In this document: positions 9,112 through 20,510 of the stretch, piece after piece | Position numbering within the stretch: the stretch's first letter is position 1 | Layout: the number at the start of each line of letters is the position of its first letter | Assembly (NCBI GenBank): GCA_963706595.1 | Contig: OY970166.1 | Span: 576,001-640,000 of the forward strand | Length of the DNA: 64,000 nt | Direction of reading: 5' to 3' | DNA from: an uncultured cyanobacterium | GTDB taxonomy: Bacteria; Cyanobacteriota; Cyanobacteriia; Cyanobacteriales; Nostocaceae | Translations under genes and position numbers: made by a program | The notes under the pieces: generated by a model | Seen by the model: the letters and a program-made list of their open reading frames with translations, nothing else | Databases searched by the model: none | What the model was told of the DNA's origin: nothing

Positions 9112-9483
9112 TTAACAGCAACCACCACCGCTAGAGTGACAGGTTGAATGGGTAATCATAATTTCGTCCGGCTGTAAAGTGGCAAGTTTAGCCGCAGTTT
9201 GATCATACGCTGCTGCGGGAATACCACGCTGAAGCCGATGTCCTACTGCATGATCACAGAAAGATTCTACACCAGCATAAATTGCCGTCTTGCCTGTGAA
9301 TATACAAGCGCAATCTGCGGGAATATCAACTTTGAAAGCAACAGAATCAAGGCTTTCTCACAGGAGATTTTTGCCAAGATGTAAGTATGGTAATCTAGTA
9401 GACGGTAAGGGCGACGGGCGCGAATTTCAATTTGACCAAAACCAGCTTTAATGATAATTTGAGTATACTCCTCATAAATGAGT
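9112..9483 (-). pseudogene. arsM: 3' remnant of a cyanobacterial arsenite methyltransferase (ArsM-like)
   Basis: YEEYTQIIIKAGFGQIEIRARRPYRLLD, frameshift, then ESLDSVAFKVDIP..CIFTGKTAIYAG...RGIPAA...GGGCC*. The SAM-binding N-terminus is missing. Confidence 0.7.
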
Positions 9484-10084
9484 TTTTTTGTTGTTGGTTT
9501 CGAGTTTTCGGCGCAACTAACGGATGTAAACTTCAATAATATGGGAATCACCCATGAAGTCATCACCCCAAACTGACTTTAAAATGCGATCGCGTGTAAT
9601 TATCGCAGATGAGTGAGTAAATATTCCAGTCAGTTAACCTCTATCTCCGGAATATTTCTCCTCTGCGACGATTTAAACTCAGGTTTTCCAATTATAAAAT
9701 ATCTGCTGGGTCTGCTTCCTGATGTTTTCGTAGGTGGGCGCGGACTCTGGCTAATAATTCCTCAACACTAAAGGGTTTAACTACGTAGTCATCAGCACCA
9801 GCATCTAGACCGGCGATGCGATCATCGCTCATTTCATCTTTAGCAGTTAATAAAATTATCGGCACTTGATCACCTGTACTTCGCAGGCGGCGGCAAATCT
9901 CCAAGCCCGATAAACCAGGTAGCATCCAATCTAAAATTACTAAATCTAAATCTAACTCTCTCGCTGCGGTGAGTGCAGTCAGTCCATCGTAGGCCACACT
10001 AACTTGATAGCCTTCATAACTTAGTTCCAATTCGATAAAACGCGCCAGTTTTACTTCATCTTCAACTAGCAAGATGTGCGTCAT
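9483..10084 (-). pseudogene. OmpR-family response regulator: receiver intact, winged-helix domain decayed
   Basis: The receiver ORF stops at 9692. Broken frames downstream read LENLSLNRR...TRDRIL...WGDDFMGDSHIIEVYIR*LRRKLE. Confidence 0.75.
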
Positions 10085-10270
10085 AGATGATGTTGAGGAT
10101 TTGGGCAGGGTAGTTAAGCAATAATACAGACTAGTAACACTTGAGAGAGGTGCTAGGCTACTAAATAGCCAGACATCTCAGTTGAGTTGACTTAGCTTAG
10201 TATAGATTTAAGCAAGTAACAACAGTAAGCCTGTAATTACCGATGGCTGGTGCGCCAAATACATCCAACT

Positions 10271-10425
10271 TTAGCAATAGACTGTTACATCTTCACCACA
10301 TTCATCAGCAAGATAACAAAGCGCCTTGAAACGCAGACTTACTAATTGCTCGTAGAAGGGATTTAATTTACACATTGCCGGAATGTGAAACAGCTGATGA
10401 CCAAACAGTTTAAAGTTTAAAGTCA
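10271..10425 (-). pseudogene. C-terminal remnant of a Mo-dependent nitrogenase C-terminal-domain protein
   Basis: KLFGHQLFHIPAMCKLNPFYEQLVSLRFKALCYLADECGEDVTVYC*, with no matching 5' part. Confidence 0.7.
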
Positions 10426-10556
10426 CTGCATTCCAGACCTTTGGCTAAACGCTAGGCTAGATATAGGGTTTCTCGATTGTGTCCATTGCCATAACTTTCA
10501 GTAAAGGGCGAAATTTACGCTTTAAGTTTTACCCAGACAACAAGAGATGTTAATTT

Positions 10557-11177
10557 ATGACTTGGAATTTTCTCAGCAACAAAAAACTCCTGTTTGACCA
10601 ATGGGCATTTAGCTACGATTGGCTTTTTCCTTCAGTAATTTACCAAGCTATCCATAAGCGGTTGCTAGAGTATGTGGATTTAGTAGAAGGAGCCAATATA
10701 CTTGATATGGGTTGTGGTACTGGACGATTACTTGATCGCTTGGCAGCTAAATTTCCTGATGTACGTGGCACTGGATTAGATTTATCATCTAATATGTTGC
10801 GGATAGCCAGACAAAGCAATTCTCACCATCCACGTTTAATTTATATTCAAGGTCAAGCAGAATCTTTGCCCTTTGGTGAATGTCAGTTTGATGCCGTTTT
10901 TAGTAGTATCAGCTTCTTACACTATTTGGAACCTCAACAAGTGCTGAGTGAAGTAGCACGGGTACTTTCTCCTGGCGGGCGCTTCTACTTAGTTGACATC
11001 ACCACGAAAAAAGAAACAGCACCGCAAGTTTTACCTATTTCTCCTCTTGGGATTCGACTCTACAGCCCTAAACAACGTGAACTTTTAGGCTCATCGGCTG
11101 GATTATTATGTTTGAGTCACCATTATTTACTAGGGCCAGTTTTGCTGACAATTTTTGTGAAACCATCCTCATGTTAA
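10557..11177 (+). CDS. Class I SAM-dependent methyltransferase
   Basis: ILDMGCGTG, GLDLSSNML, AESLPF...FDAV, RVLSPGG. Confidence 0.92.
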   Translation: MTWNFLSNKKLLFDQWAFSYDWLFPSVIYQAIHKRLLEYVDLVEGANILDMGCGTGRLLDRLAAKFPDVRGTGLDLSSNMLRIARQSNSHHPRLIYIQGQAESLPFGECQFDAVFSSISFLHYLEPQQVLSEVARVLSPGGRFYLVDITTKKETAPQVLPISPLGIRLYSPKQRELLGSSAGLLCLSHHYLLGPVLLTIFVKPSSC

Positions 11178-11329
11178 TGGCAAATATCAGTTGATTTTCA
11201 TCAAATACCCAGGGACTTATGCTAATCATAAGTCCCTGGGACATTTATGGTAGTTCTAGCCCGCTATACTTTGGGTACTAAAGCTAGAATAGTAGTCAAT
11301 TAGATTTTTAATCAAGCTAGCTTTACTAC

Positions 11330-11944
11330 TTATACAGAAGCTGGCTTTTTCTTTAGGTATCCAGTCAGTGAACCAATTGCTAATAAGCCTAATATTACTC
11401 CAGGTTCAGGAATCACAGTTGCTGTCAACTCACCGCCAAGATCCAATCTACAATTGGGAAATGTGCTGCATACTTCTGGTGAAAGGTCATCCTTCAAGAA
11501 TATTGTAGCCGTTGGTAATCCTTGAGTAGCATCTTGGAAAGTGTAGAAGAATAACCCTGCTACATCTGTATTGAAATTACTTCCTAAGTCAAAACCAGTA
11601 GGCGTATCAAAACTGCCGCTTTGCAGAACAGTCTTTGTAACTGTGTCAAAATTAAAATTGAAACTGCTGCTGGGATTGGGAAAATTGTAACTGAAGTTTT
11701 GCAACAAATTTCCCTCTGGATTGAAGAAGGAAATATTAAAACTATTCAACTGATCACTAGTAACAACGCTTCCCAGAAAACTATCATCAAAGCTGAAGCG
11801 CCCTAATGCAGAATAACCTTGATCGCCTTTCCAGTCAATTTGAAATACAGCCGCATCAGCACTAGAAATATTAACTAAAGTCGCCATTGAGGTGACAGTA
11901 GCAACAGCGACAGTAGCTGTGATTTTGTTGTAAATGCTTTTCAT
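11330..11944 (-). CDS. PEP-CTERM sorting-domain protein
   Basis: Signal peptide ending ADAA. C-terminal IPEP, hydrophobic helix, then KKK. Confidence 0.88.
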   Translation of the reverse strand: MKSIYNKITATVAVATVTSMATLVNISSADAAVFQIDWKGDQGYSALGRFSFDDSFLGSVVTSDQLNSFNISFFNPEGNLLQNFSYNFPNPSSSFNFNFDTVTKTVLQSGSFDTPTGFDLGSNFNTDVAGLFFYTFQDATQGLPTATIFLKDDLSPEVCSTFPNCRLDLGGELTATVIPEPGVILGLLAIGSLTGYLKKKPASV

Positions 11945-12943
11945 TGTTTTGATAACAGCAGTAGTTTGGGTATTGTTTGTTATTGCTGACAGAATTTATA
12001 TCAGTGTTGCTGACAACAGTGATTAGTTCTGCAAAAGGTGGACTCTGGTAAATAAATTAATTTTCCCAATTAGATGCGTAAAAACATAACAAAGCTGATA
12101 TTAACAGGATTGCTATCTACAACCAGATGCTTTAGCCTCTGAGCATTACGATCAAAAAGGGTGTTTTTGAATTGAATTAATTTCCCAAGCACCTTTGGGG
12201 AGATTTTATCATTAGATTCAATATATTTTCGAGATTTAATGTTTAATTTTTCAAAGAGCTTTAATTAAAGTTTCTAATTTTTTGAAAAATCTGATTATTT
12301 TCATTTAATTAAACAAAGCTTTAATTTTTCTTAACCAAAATGTATTTCATTAGTATGACCGATCTTTCTATATTTAATTAGTGATAGAAGATATAAGCGC
12401 CCTTTGGACGCGATTACACGCCTACAATAAATGAAATAAACACATTCAGATTAACAACCTCAAATCCTTAGCCTACAAGCGTTAAAAAATGTGCTTTTTA
12501 GGAGTTGGATGCTGCTTTAAATAAAAATTTTCCACCTATTATTGAGAATATAGATTCCATCAGGTTCAGGTCAGCATGATTATCATTTGTTTCGCGCTTC
12601 CTTATATGCCATCTGCGTAAATGTTGAATTTTGATTGTTTATATTTTAAATTCATGACAAATGGTGACTGATACATTAATTCTTTTTCTACCAAAAGATA
12701 ATAAATTTCAATAAAATGGCAAAAAGTGAAGATATAATTTTGTGTATTTTATTGATATATGTAGAAAATTTAATTTATAGGCTTAATTTAGCCATATTTT
12801 TCCCATAAACTCGCTTCTTAATTAGAATTTAATTTCAATAAATAATCATTTATCAAGTCGCTAAACATTAAATTAACCATTACCTCAACTTAATCAAAGC
12901 CACCTAATGTTTACTTGTCATTTTATGCGAGCCAAATATTCTC

Positions 12944-14269
12944 ATGGGATATTCAAGACGTAAATTTTTTGGATTAGCAGGTGCAACAGCAGCTGGCACT
13001 TTAGCTATGTCTCCTTTAGAAGGTCTTCTTGCTAGAGCGGCTTTCGGTCAGGTTACAACCACCACAGGATATGGACCCTTTCCCCGACTCCTGGCGGGCT
13101 TATAGCACTACCAACTGGATTCCAGTATCGGGAGATATCTCGCACAGGTGATTCTCATGGCCGATGGCAATCCAGTGCCTAACTTGCATGATGGGATGGG
13201 AGCCTTCCAAGGACCTAGAGGTACAACAATTTTGATTTGCAACCACGAAATTGGCGGCGTTGGCAGTACTGGAAAAGTACAAGTACCCAGCGACTTAGCC
13301 TATGATCCTGTTTGCAGAGGTGGTACTACAACCATAGTAGTAAATTCCACTACTCGTCAGTTAGTTAAACAGTTTGCCTCTCTTGGTGGAACCATTCGTA
13401 ACTGTGCAGGTGGTATAACTCCTTGGGGTTCATGGATTACCAGTGAAGAAAATGTAGACACACCTGCTAACGGTGGCGGACGGCAACAGTTCCACGGTTA
13501 TAATTTTGAAGTTCCCGCAAGTGCCACTGGGCCTGTTGAAGCAGTTCCTCTTAAAGCTATGGGACGCTTTAATCACGAAGCTGTGGCTGTAGACCCGGAA
13601 ACTGGATATGTTTATGAAACTGAGGATAGAGGAGATGGTCTCTTCTACCGTTTTATACCTAACGTACTCGGTAAGTTAGCAGAAGGTGGTAAACTCCAAG
13701 CTCTCAGAATAGGTACTACTAGTAGTAGTGCTGGTAGCATTAACACTTCTAGTGGTTTCAGTACAGGACAAACATGGACTAATATCAGTTGGGTAGACAT
13801 TCCTAACCCCGACCCAACTACAGATAATGTCCGAACACAAGGTCGTAACTTAGGTGCAGCCCGGTTTGCCCGTGGGGAAGGTATTTGGTACGGTAACGGT
13901 GAAATTTACTTCTGTTGTACCAGTGGTGGACCTGGCAGCCGTGGTCAAGTCTTCCGTTACGTTCCTGCTACTAATACACTTGATCTGTTTGTACAGTCTC
14001 CAAGTGCAACTACTCTTCGTGCGCCGGACAACATTTGTGTAGCACCTTTTGGCGATCTGATTATCTGCGAAGATGGGGCTGCTCCCAATTTCTTGAGAGG
14101 TGTCACTCCCGACGGACAACTCTATGATTTAGCGCGTAACACTTTGGGTAGTGGTTCTAGTGAGTTTGCTGGAGCCTGTTTCTCTCCTGATGGTCAAACT
14201 CTGTTTGTTAACATGCAAAGTCCTGGTATTACTTTGGCCATCTGGGGTCCTTGGGAAAGTAGAATTTAA
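12944..14269 (+). CDS. phoX: PhoX family alkaline phosphatase, Tat-exported; frameshifted near the 5' end
   Basis: Tat signal MGYSRRKFFG from ATG 12944. Motifs HDGM, NHE, NCAGG, EEN, GRFNHEA, EDR, RGEG, PDN, CEDG, EFAG. Indels at ~13080-13152. Confidence 0.85.
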
Positions 14270-14480
14270 TGAGTCAGGATAGTTTTTAGGAAAAAAGCGA
14301 TCGCTTGACCTGGAAGTAGCGAATGGCGATCGCTTTCAACTAAGATTTTGCATAGCTTGTCTAGCAAATGTGAAAATCGTGGGTATTCATATCCTAGCAT
14401 TTTACCTTGACATATTAATGAATATATGCTAACAAAATGCCGTAGGGGGGAACACAGTATGTACCCCAAACCACCAATGA

Positions 14481-15212
14481 CTAATGACCAATGACAATTT
14501 CATCTAGTTGATTAATTACCACATCCGCGCCTTGTACATGATCTGATTTACCCACCCAGGTAATACCAATACAACCTGCGGCTTTAGCATTACGTGCCAT
14601 TTGCATATCACCAACAGCATCTCCTACCATCAATGTATTACCTGGTTCTACACCCAAAGCTGCACAAGCCTGTAAAAATAACACTGGATCTGGTTTACCG
14701 GGGCCGTCATCTACTCCTTTTTGCACCTGGATGTAATCAGTTAACTCGTGTCTTGCTACAAAATCTCTGACTTCGGCTGTGGTTGCTGCGGAAATGATAC
14801 CGAGTTTAATTCCGGCTGCTGACAAGGACTGTAATAGCTCCAAAGTACCGGGAAATAGTGGTGCGGGAGTTGTACCCAGATATTTTTCAGCTTCGTCTAA
14901 GGATTGACGCGCTATTTTTAAAGACTCAAACCAGCCTCTTCCAGTTTCGGCAATATATGCAGCTGCGGCAATTTCGGTTTCCCGGCGACTGGCTACGGAT
15001 ATTAAACCTGCTGGATCTAGGGTATCGCTATTGATGCCAAAGGCCATTAATAAAGGTTCGCCAATTCCAGGAATTTGAGCGTCTATCATCCGCGCACCTT
15101 TTTGTCCAAGCGATCGCAAGTACGCTTCCGAATCTTCCAATGTACCATTTTTGTCAAAAAAAATGGCTTGGATATTGGAAAAGCTGATGTTTCTACATTT
15201 AATAGTTACCAA
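14481..15212 (-). CDS. HAD family hydrolase
   Basis: FFDKNGTLED, KPDP, MVGDAVGD. Confidence 0.9.
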   Translation of the reverse strand: MVTIKCRNISFSNIQAIFFDKNGTLEDSEAYLRSLGQKGARMIDAQIPGIGEPLLMAFGINSDTLDPAGLISVASRRETEIAAAAYIAETGRGWFESLKIARQSLDEAEKYLGTTPAPLFPGTLELLQSLSAAGIKLGIISAATTAEVRDFVARHELTDYIQVQKGVDDGPGKPDPVLFLQACAALGVEPGNTLMVGDAVGDMQMARNAKAAGCIGITWVGKSDHVQGADVVINQLDEIVIGH

Positions 15213-15385
15213 AATATTTCACCCTATTTATTCAATTCATCACAAAAAAAGAGGGGTTTTCCCTCTTTAATTAATAGTTTAATAACTACAAGCTTATTAG
15301 CGTTCATTTAAGGCTTGTCAATCGCTGTTATTAAATGTAGCGAAGCATTACCCTACCTATAACAGAGTTTAAATCGAGACTTTGC

Positions 15386-16588
15386 TCAACCTTCCTGTTC
15401 AATAGTCGCTGGAATCTCTTTTTCAGCCTCGGTTGCTGCTGGAACTTCTTCTTCAACCGCAACTACAGCTGATACTTCTTCGGTTGCTGCTGGAGCTTCT
15501 TCTTCAACCGCAACTACAGCCGATACTTCTTCGGTTGCTGCTGGAGCTTCTTCTTCAACCGCAACTACAGCCGATACTTCTTCTTGAGTTTCAGTTGCGA
15601 CTGGGGTTTCTTCCTCAGTTGTAGCTTCTACCGCTTCTTCAGCACCCACAACCTCTTCAGCTTCCGCAGGCGCAGCAGTAATACCTTGCTGTTTAGCTAG
15701 CATCTGTTCACGATACTTAGCTGCCATTTCTTCCGCTTTATCATAAACCAAATCACGGTTCTTAATCATATCACCGGGTTCGGGTTCCAACTGCTTGGTA
15801 GACAAGGAAATCCGACCCCTTTCTGCGTCCAAATCAATGATCATGACTTTAACTTCGTCATTGACATTGAACACGCTGTGAGGTGTATCAATATGCTCGT
15901 GAGAAATTTCTGAAATGTGCAGCAGTCCGCTAACACCACCGATATCAATAAATGCACCGTAAGGTTTGATACCACGAACTGTACCGATTACCACTTCTCC
16001 CACTTCTAGGCGGTTCATCTTACGCTCAACCAGCGCTCGACGGTGGGATAGAACTAGGCGGTTACGTTCTTCGTCTACTTCTAAGAATTTCAATGGCAGT
16101 TCTTCGCCTACCAATTCTTCCTTCGGTTTGCGGGTGCTGATGTGAGAACCGGGGATGAAGCCGCGTAATCCTTCAATGCGTACCAATGCACCACCACGGT
16201 TAGTAGCAAACACACCCGAACGAACAGTAGCATCTTCTGCTTGTAACTGCCGCACACGTTCCCAAGCCCGCATATATTCGATGCGACGAATGGAAAGGGT
16301 AAGCTGACCATCTTCGTTTTCATCGGTAAGGATGAAAAATTCTCTGGTTTCGTTTGATTGTAAAACTTCTTCCGGGGCATCGACCCGGTTAATAGACATT
16401 TCTTGTATAGGAATGTAGGCTGCTGTTTTAGCCCCTATGTCAATCAGAGCGCCGCGCGGCTCTATACTGAAAACTGTTCCTGGTACAATATCTCCAGGGC
16501 TAAAGTGATAATCATACTTGTCAAGTAGAGCAGCGAAATCTTCGTGAGTGAATCCAATTTCTGTAGCGGTTAAGTTCTGATTGACCAT
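15386..16588 (-). CDS. rpsA: 30S ribosomal protein S1
   Basis: Three S1 domains of cyanobacterial Rps1 and an acidic tail. Confidence 0.97.
   Translation of the reverse strand: MVNQNLTATEIGFTHEDFAALLDKYDYHFSPGDIVPGTVFSIEPRGALIDIGAKTAAYIPIQEMSINRVDAPEEVLQSNETREFFILTDENEDGQLTLSIRRIEYMRAWERVRQLQAEDATVRSGVFATNRGGALVRIEGLRGFIPGSHISTRKPKEELVGEELPLKFLEVDEERNRLVLSHRRALVERKMNRLEVGEVVIGTVRGIKPYGAFIDIGGVSGLLHISEISHEHIDTPHSVFNVNDEVKVMIIDLDAERGRISLSTKQLEPEPGDMIKNRDLVYDKAEEMAAKYREQMLAKQQGITAAPAEAEEVVGAEEAVEATTEEETPVATETQEEVSAVVAVEEEAPAATEEVSAVVAVEEEAPAATEEVSAVVAVEEEVPAATEAEKEIPATIEQEG
15431..15583 (-). repeat. In-frame 51-bp tandem repeat x3 in the S1 tail
   Basis: EEVSAVVAVEEE(A/V)PAAT three times, near-identical at DNA level. 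Confidence 0.9.
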
Positions 16589-16899
16589 GCTAATTTGTTC
16601 CTGGTTCTAGTCTCCGTAAGGGTTGTGGCATAGGCGTGATGTATATGCGAAGGCACTAGGCGGGAGGTACACCTACATCTTTTTTTTATCCTAGCGCAGA
16701 AAAGCTAGTATTAACACATATTAACTTCTAGATAGAATATTCTATCACATATTCTAGAAATTTTTTATTTATTCACTCATCAATTTATATTGGGAATTTC
16801 ATCTTCAAAGGTATGGACAAAAGTAGATATCCGCCGCTACCACCATTGGTAACAACGGATAACAGGTTCAGATGCTCTTAAATCTCTGGTAAGAGCAGT

Positions 16900-17007
16900 C
16901 TATTTTTCTTCTTTCTTTTCGATGCGGGGTGGTTCGCGGAATGCGATCGCAAAGAAAAGAACACCTATGGCCAGAGCCAAAATCAAGATATATGCAACGC
17001 TTTCCAT
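16900..17007 (-). CDS. psbT: Photosystem II reaction centre protein T (missed by the ORF track)
   Basis: [35 protein letters not shown], directly downstream of psbB. Confidence 0.96.
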   Translation of the reverse strand: MESVAYILILALAIGVLFFAIAFREPPRIEKKEEK

Positions 17008-17117
17008 ATTAAAAGCTCCTGCCTAACCAGCCAGTAATGATACTTTATCAGTCTATGAGATAGGTGGTAAGGATTGGGTAATTACAAAAGTATTCCCCAA
17101 TCCCTAATCCCCAAAAA

Positions 17118-18650
17118 TTAAAGAGCTTCTTTCCGGCGGGTAGATTTGTCACCCACTTTCTGGAATAGACCCCATTCAACTTGCTCTTCTAGATCCGCTT
17201 CAACACCAGCAAAAACGTCTCGGTAAATTGTCCGAGAACCGTGCCACAAGTGACCAAAGAAGAATAGCAGAGCAAACACAGCGTGTCCAAAGGTAAACCA
17301 ACCTCTGGGGCTAGTGCGGAATACACCGTCAGAGTTCAAGGTTTCGCGGTCAAAATCAAAGATTTCGCCACCTTGAGCCTTACGGGCAAATTTCTTCACG
17401 TCTGCTGGATCTGTAAAGGTTTGACCATTGAGATCACCGCCATAGAAGCTGACTGTGACACCAGTTTGTTCAAAACTGTACTTCGATTCTGCCCGACGGA
17501 AAGGAATATCAGCGCGGATAACTCCATCAGCATCGGTCAAGATAACTGGGAAGGTTTCAAAGAAGTTAGGGAGACGACGCACGGTCAATTCTCTACCCTT
17601 AGCATCTGTGAATACGGCGTGACCTTGCCAAGATTGGGCGATGCCATCACCCTGAACCATAGGACCAGTCCGGAATAAACCACCTTTAGCGGGGCTATTG
17701 CCGACATAATCATAGAAAGCCAGTTTTTCAGGAATTGCTGCCCAAGCTTCTGCACGGGTTGCACCGTCAGCGATGCTAGTTTGGACGCGACGCTCAATTT
17801 CCTGAGTGAAGTAGTTTTGATCCCACTGATAACGAGTCGGACCAAAGAGTTCAATCGGGGTGGTAGCGTTACCGTACCACATCGTACCAGCAACAATGAA
17901 AGCTGCGAAGAATACCGCAGCAATACTGCTAGAAAGTACGGTTTCAATGTTCCCCATCCGCAGGGCTTTGTATAGCCTTTCGGGGGGTCTAACTGTGAGG
18001 TGGAATAAACCAGCAATAATGCCAACAACGCCTGCGGCGATATGGTGAGCAACAACGCCACCAGGATTAAATGGGTCGAACCCAGCCGGACCCCATTCTG
18101 GTGCTACTGCCTGGATGCTACCAGTGACTCCGTAGGCATCAGAAACCCACATACCTGGGCCAAATAGTCCGGTGAGGTGAAAAGCACCAAAGCCAAAACA
18201 AAGTAAACCAGATAAGAACAGGTGAATGCCAAACATTTTTGGCAAGTCTAGAGCAGGTTCACCGGTGCGAGGATCTCTAAAAAGTTCCAAATCCCAGTAA
18301 ACCCAGTGCCATACAGCAGCTAGAAATAATAAACCAGAAAGCACGATGTGAGCCGCAGCTACACCTTCAAATGACCAGAAACCAGGATCACTTGCGGCGC
18401 TACCAGTCACGACGCTCCAGCCACCCCATGATTCGGTAACACCTAAACGTGACATGAAAGGCAGGACGAACATTCCTTGCCGCCACATCGGGTTAAGAAC
18501 CGGATCACTGGGGTCATAAATAGCTAGTTCGTACAGTGCCATTGAACCAGCCCAGCCTGCTACTAAGGCTGTGTGCATCAAGTGTACAGAAATCAACCGA
18601 CCTGGGTCATTCAGAACGACTGTGTGTACTCGGTACCAGGGTAGTCCCAT
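17118..18650 (-). CDS. psbB: Photosystem II CP47
   Basis: [28 protein letters not shown]-terminus; full length. Confidence 0.99.
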   Translation of the reverse strand: MGLPWYRVHTVVLNDPGRLISVHLMHTALVAGWAGSMALYELAIYDPSDPVLNPMWRQGMFVLPFMSRLGVTESWGGWSVVTGSAASDPGFWSFEGVAAAHIVLSGLLFLAAVWHWVYWDLELFRDPRTGEPALDLPKMFGIHLFLSGLLCFGFGAFHLTGLFGPGMWVSDAYGVTGSIQAVAPEWGPAGFDPFNPGGVVAHHIAAGVVGIIAGLFHLTVRPPERLYKALRMGNIETVLSSSIAAVFFAAFIVAGTMWYGNATTPIELFGPTRYQWDQNYFTQEIERRVQTSIADGATRAEAWAAIPEKLAFYDYVGNSPAKGGLFRTGPMVQGDGIAQSWQGHAVFTDAKGRELTVRRLPNFFETFPVILTDADGVIRADIPFRRAESKYSFEQTGVTVSFYGGDLNGQTFTDPADVKKFARKAQGGEIFDFDRETLNSDGVFRTSPRGWFTFGHAVFALLFFFGHLWHGSRTIYRDVFAGVEADLEEQVEWGLFQKVGDKSTRRKEAL

Positions 18651-19302
18651 CGACTACGCGCCTCCTCGATGAATTAATTATGTTTACAAAGCAATTTTAT
18701 GACTGAGATGCTGAGTCCGGGAACAGTGGCTTAGGTGGGGTTAATCCTCCTATTGCGCTGCTTTACCGCCTTTCAGTGAACTCTCTGAGTTTTTTTATTG
18801 CCAGGAGTTTGAATTTAACCACAAATGAGTCTTGATAAATCAGACGGTGTGGCTAGTTTGGCAATATTTGGAGACGCTGGGTAGCTTTACTTTATAGGGT
18901 AGCGATCGCCTGTGTAACTGCCGAGAGATTTTCGCAATGAAAATTTCTCTCTGGTTCTGTGGGAACCTGACAAACGCCTGTAAGACGCTTGGACATTAGG
19001 AAATTCCACCCTTGAGTCAGCCACATTTTAAGCGTCTACGCCATTGCCAAGCAAAAATGAGAATGTTTTAAAAAGTGTAACTATATTGTGGACTGCTTTG
19101 CAAGCGTGTAATTAGATGCGATCGCATAGAATTTCTGTATCGTATCTATACAAATCGCCCTCAGATTTTCTTTTGCGTATGTCTGGGCTGATATCAAAGC
19201 AAAAGTTTTGCTGGCTTTTTCACCCGTTCATTAGCGGGCAAGATGCCCGCCCCACAAGAATTTTTGGAAGATTTTTTATTTGTAAATCCCTGAGTCCGAA
19301 AT

Positions 19303-19674
19303 CTATTGCCCTAGCTCAGATGCCCCGTTTTGGATATCACGAGCGGTTTTTTTAGCCCCTTCTACATATCCTGAACCAAATTCTTTAAAAGCTTCTGCTG
19401 ACTCTTCGCCAATTTTTTGCAGTCGCTTACCAGGAGAACCTTCTGTTTCACGAGCCTCCTGATTCCATTCCCTGATGGTTTTTGGTCTTTGGGAATCATC
19501 TTGCTGTATCTCTTGACGGACTTTCTCTTTTAAAACTTGATTATTTTCCCCAAAAGCGACATTTGTCGTTAGCGTCATCAAACCCATTAGGACAACAGCC
19601 AAGAAACGTTTTACTTGAACTCCCTGAAATAGAAAGTTAATGTAATTAATCGTCCTAGAAATCAAATTCATCAT
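19303..19674 (-). CDS. Hypothetical secreted or membrane-anchored protein
   Basis: Signal-like hydrophobic segment followed by a charged helical region (RPKTIREW). Confidence 0.7.
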   Translation of the reverse strand: MMNLISRTINYINFLFQGVQVKRFLAVVLMGLMTLTTNVAFGENNQVLKEKVRQEIQQDDSQRPKTIREWNQEARETEGSPGKRLQKIGEESAEAFKEFGSGYVEGAKKTARDIQNGASELGQ

Positions 19675-20510
19675 GTCAATGCTCTATGTTTGTGCTGTTT
19701 ACAGTTTCAGATTATATTTTGCTCATTCCCAATTCAGCTATTTTATTGAAAAAAATGAACTGAATTGCCATTGAGATAGATTACGAAAAATCTCAATAAA
19801 TAGAATTATTAATTAGTGATGAAATTTGCCAAAATTTTTACTTATTTGAGCCATTTTAGATTACAAATTTATTGTAAATAATAAAACAAAATAATCCTTC
19901 TAACGAAAGAGATATATCGGTTATAAACAATCTATGTCGCAGGTATCATTAATAATTACCTTGCCTCCAGCACGTTTCGCTACAGGCAAGGCAAGGCGAA
20001 AGTTGTTATACGTTATTTTTAAAATTTATGTGTCCGTACTTGAATTAAGTAATGGCACTTATGATCTTGAAGAATGGCAATCAAGTAATTACATAGGCTT
20101 TTTTTTGCGTTGTCTGGGTTTATATAGAGACGGTAAGATATAAATTGAGACTTTTGGATAGAATTAATCAGGATTTTTTGCGCCTTTGGGCTGCAACTGG
20201 TTATAAGTGAAAAAGCTCAAACCGCTTTCACTGCCTTGCTTTTGGTGGCATGAGGCTCATTGGTACTTCAAATCAGCAAAGCCCTATATTTGATATTTCA
20301 GCTACTGAGCAACATAATATGTTTCAATATAAATACGGAAATGCTTTCGGATACCGAACCGTAGATTTAGTTAGATAATAGAAGTTAATTAGTCCTCATT
20401 TATCCTCATTTATAATGAGGCGCAAATCACTAGAAATTAGTCATAATAAGGTATTAAGATTTACCAATTTTGCTATCTAAATTTTTACCATTCATCTCAC
20501 CTATATCTAT

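Noticed and set aside
9267..9566. 99-aa ORF as a novel gene
   Set aside because: It is a chimera of out-of-frame regulator remnant and arsM remnant.
11950..12210. Riboswitch upstream of the PEP-CTERM gene
   Set aside because: Hairpins and a TTGCTGACA repeat are present, but I could not match any known riboswitch consensus.
16589..16899. No nrdR between psbT and rps1
   Set aside because: As I recall, psbB-psbT-rps1 without nrdR also occurs in other Nostocales, and I see no remnant here.
17283..18061. Overlapping and antisense ORFs in psbB (likewise in the helicase, tamB and nhaS3)
   Set aside because: Shadow frames of strongly codon-biased genes with no recognisable motifs.
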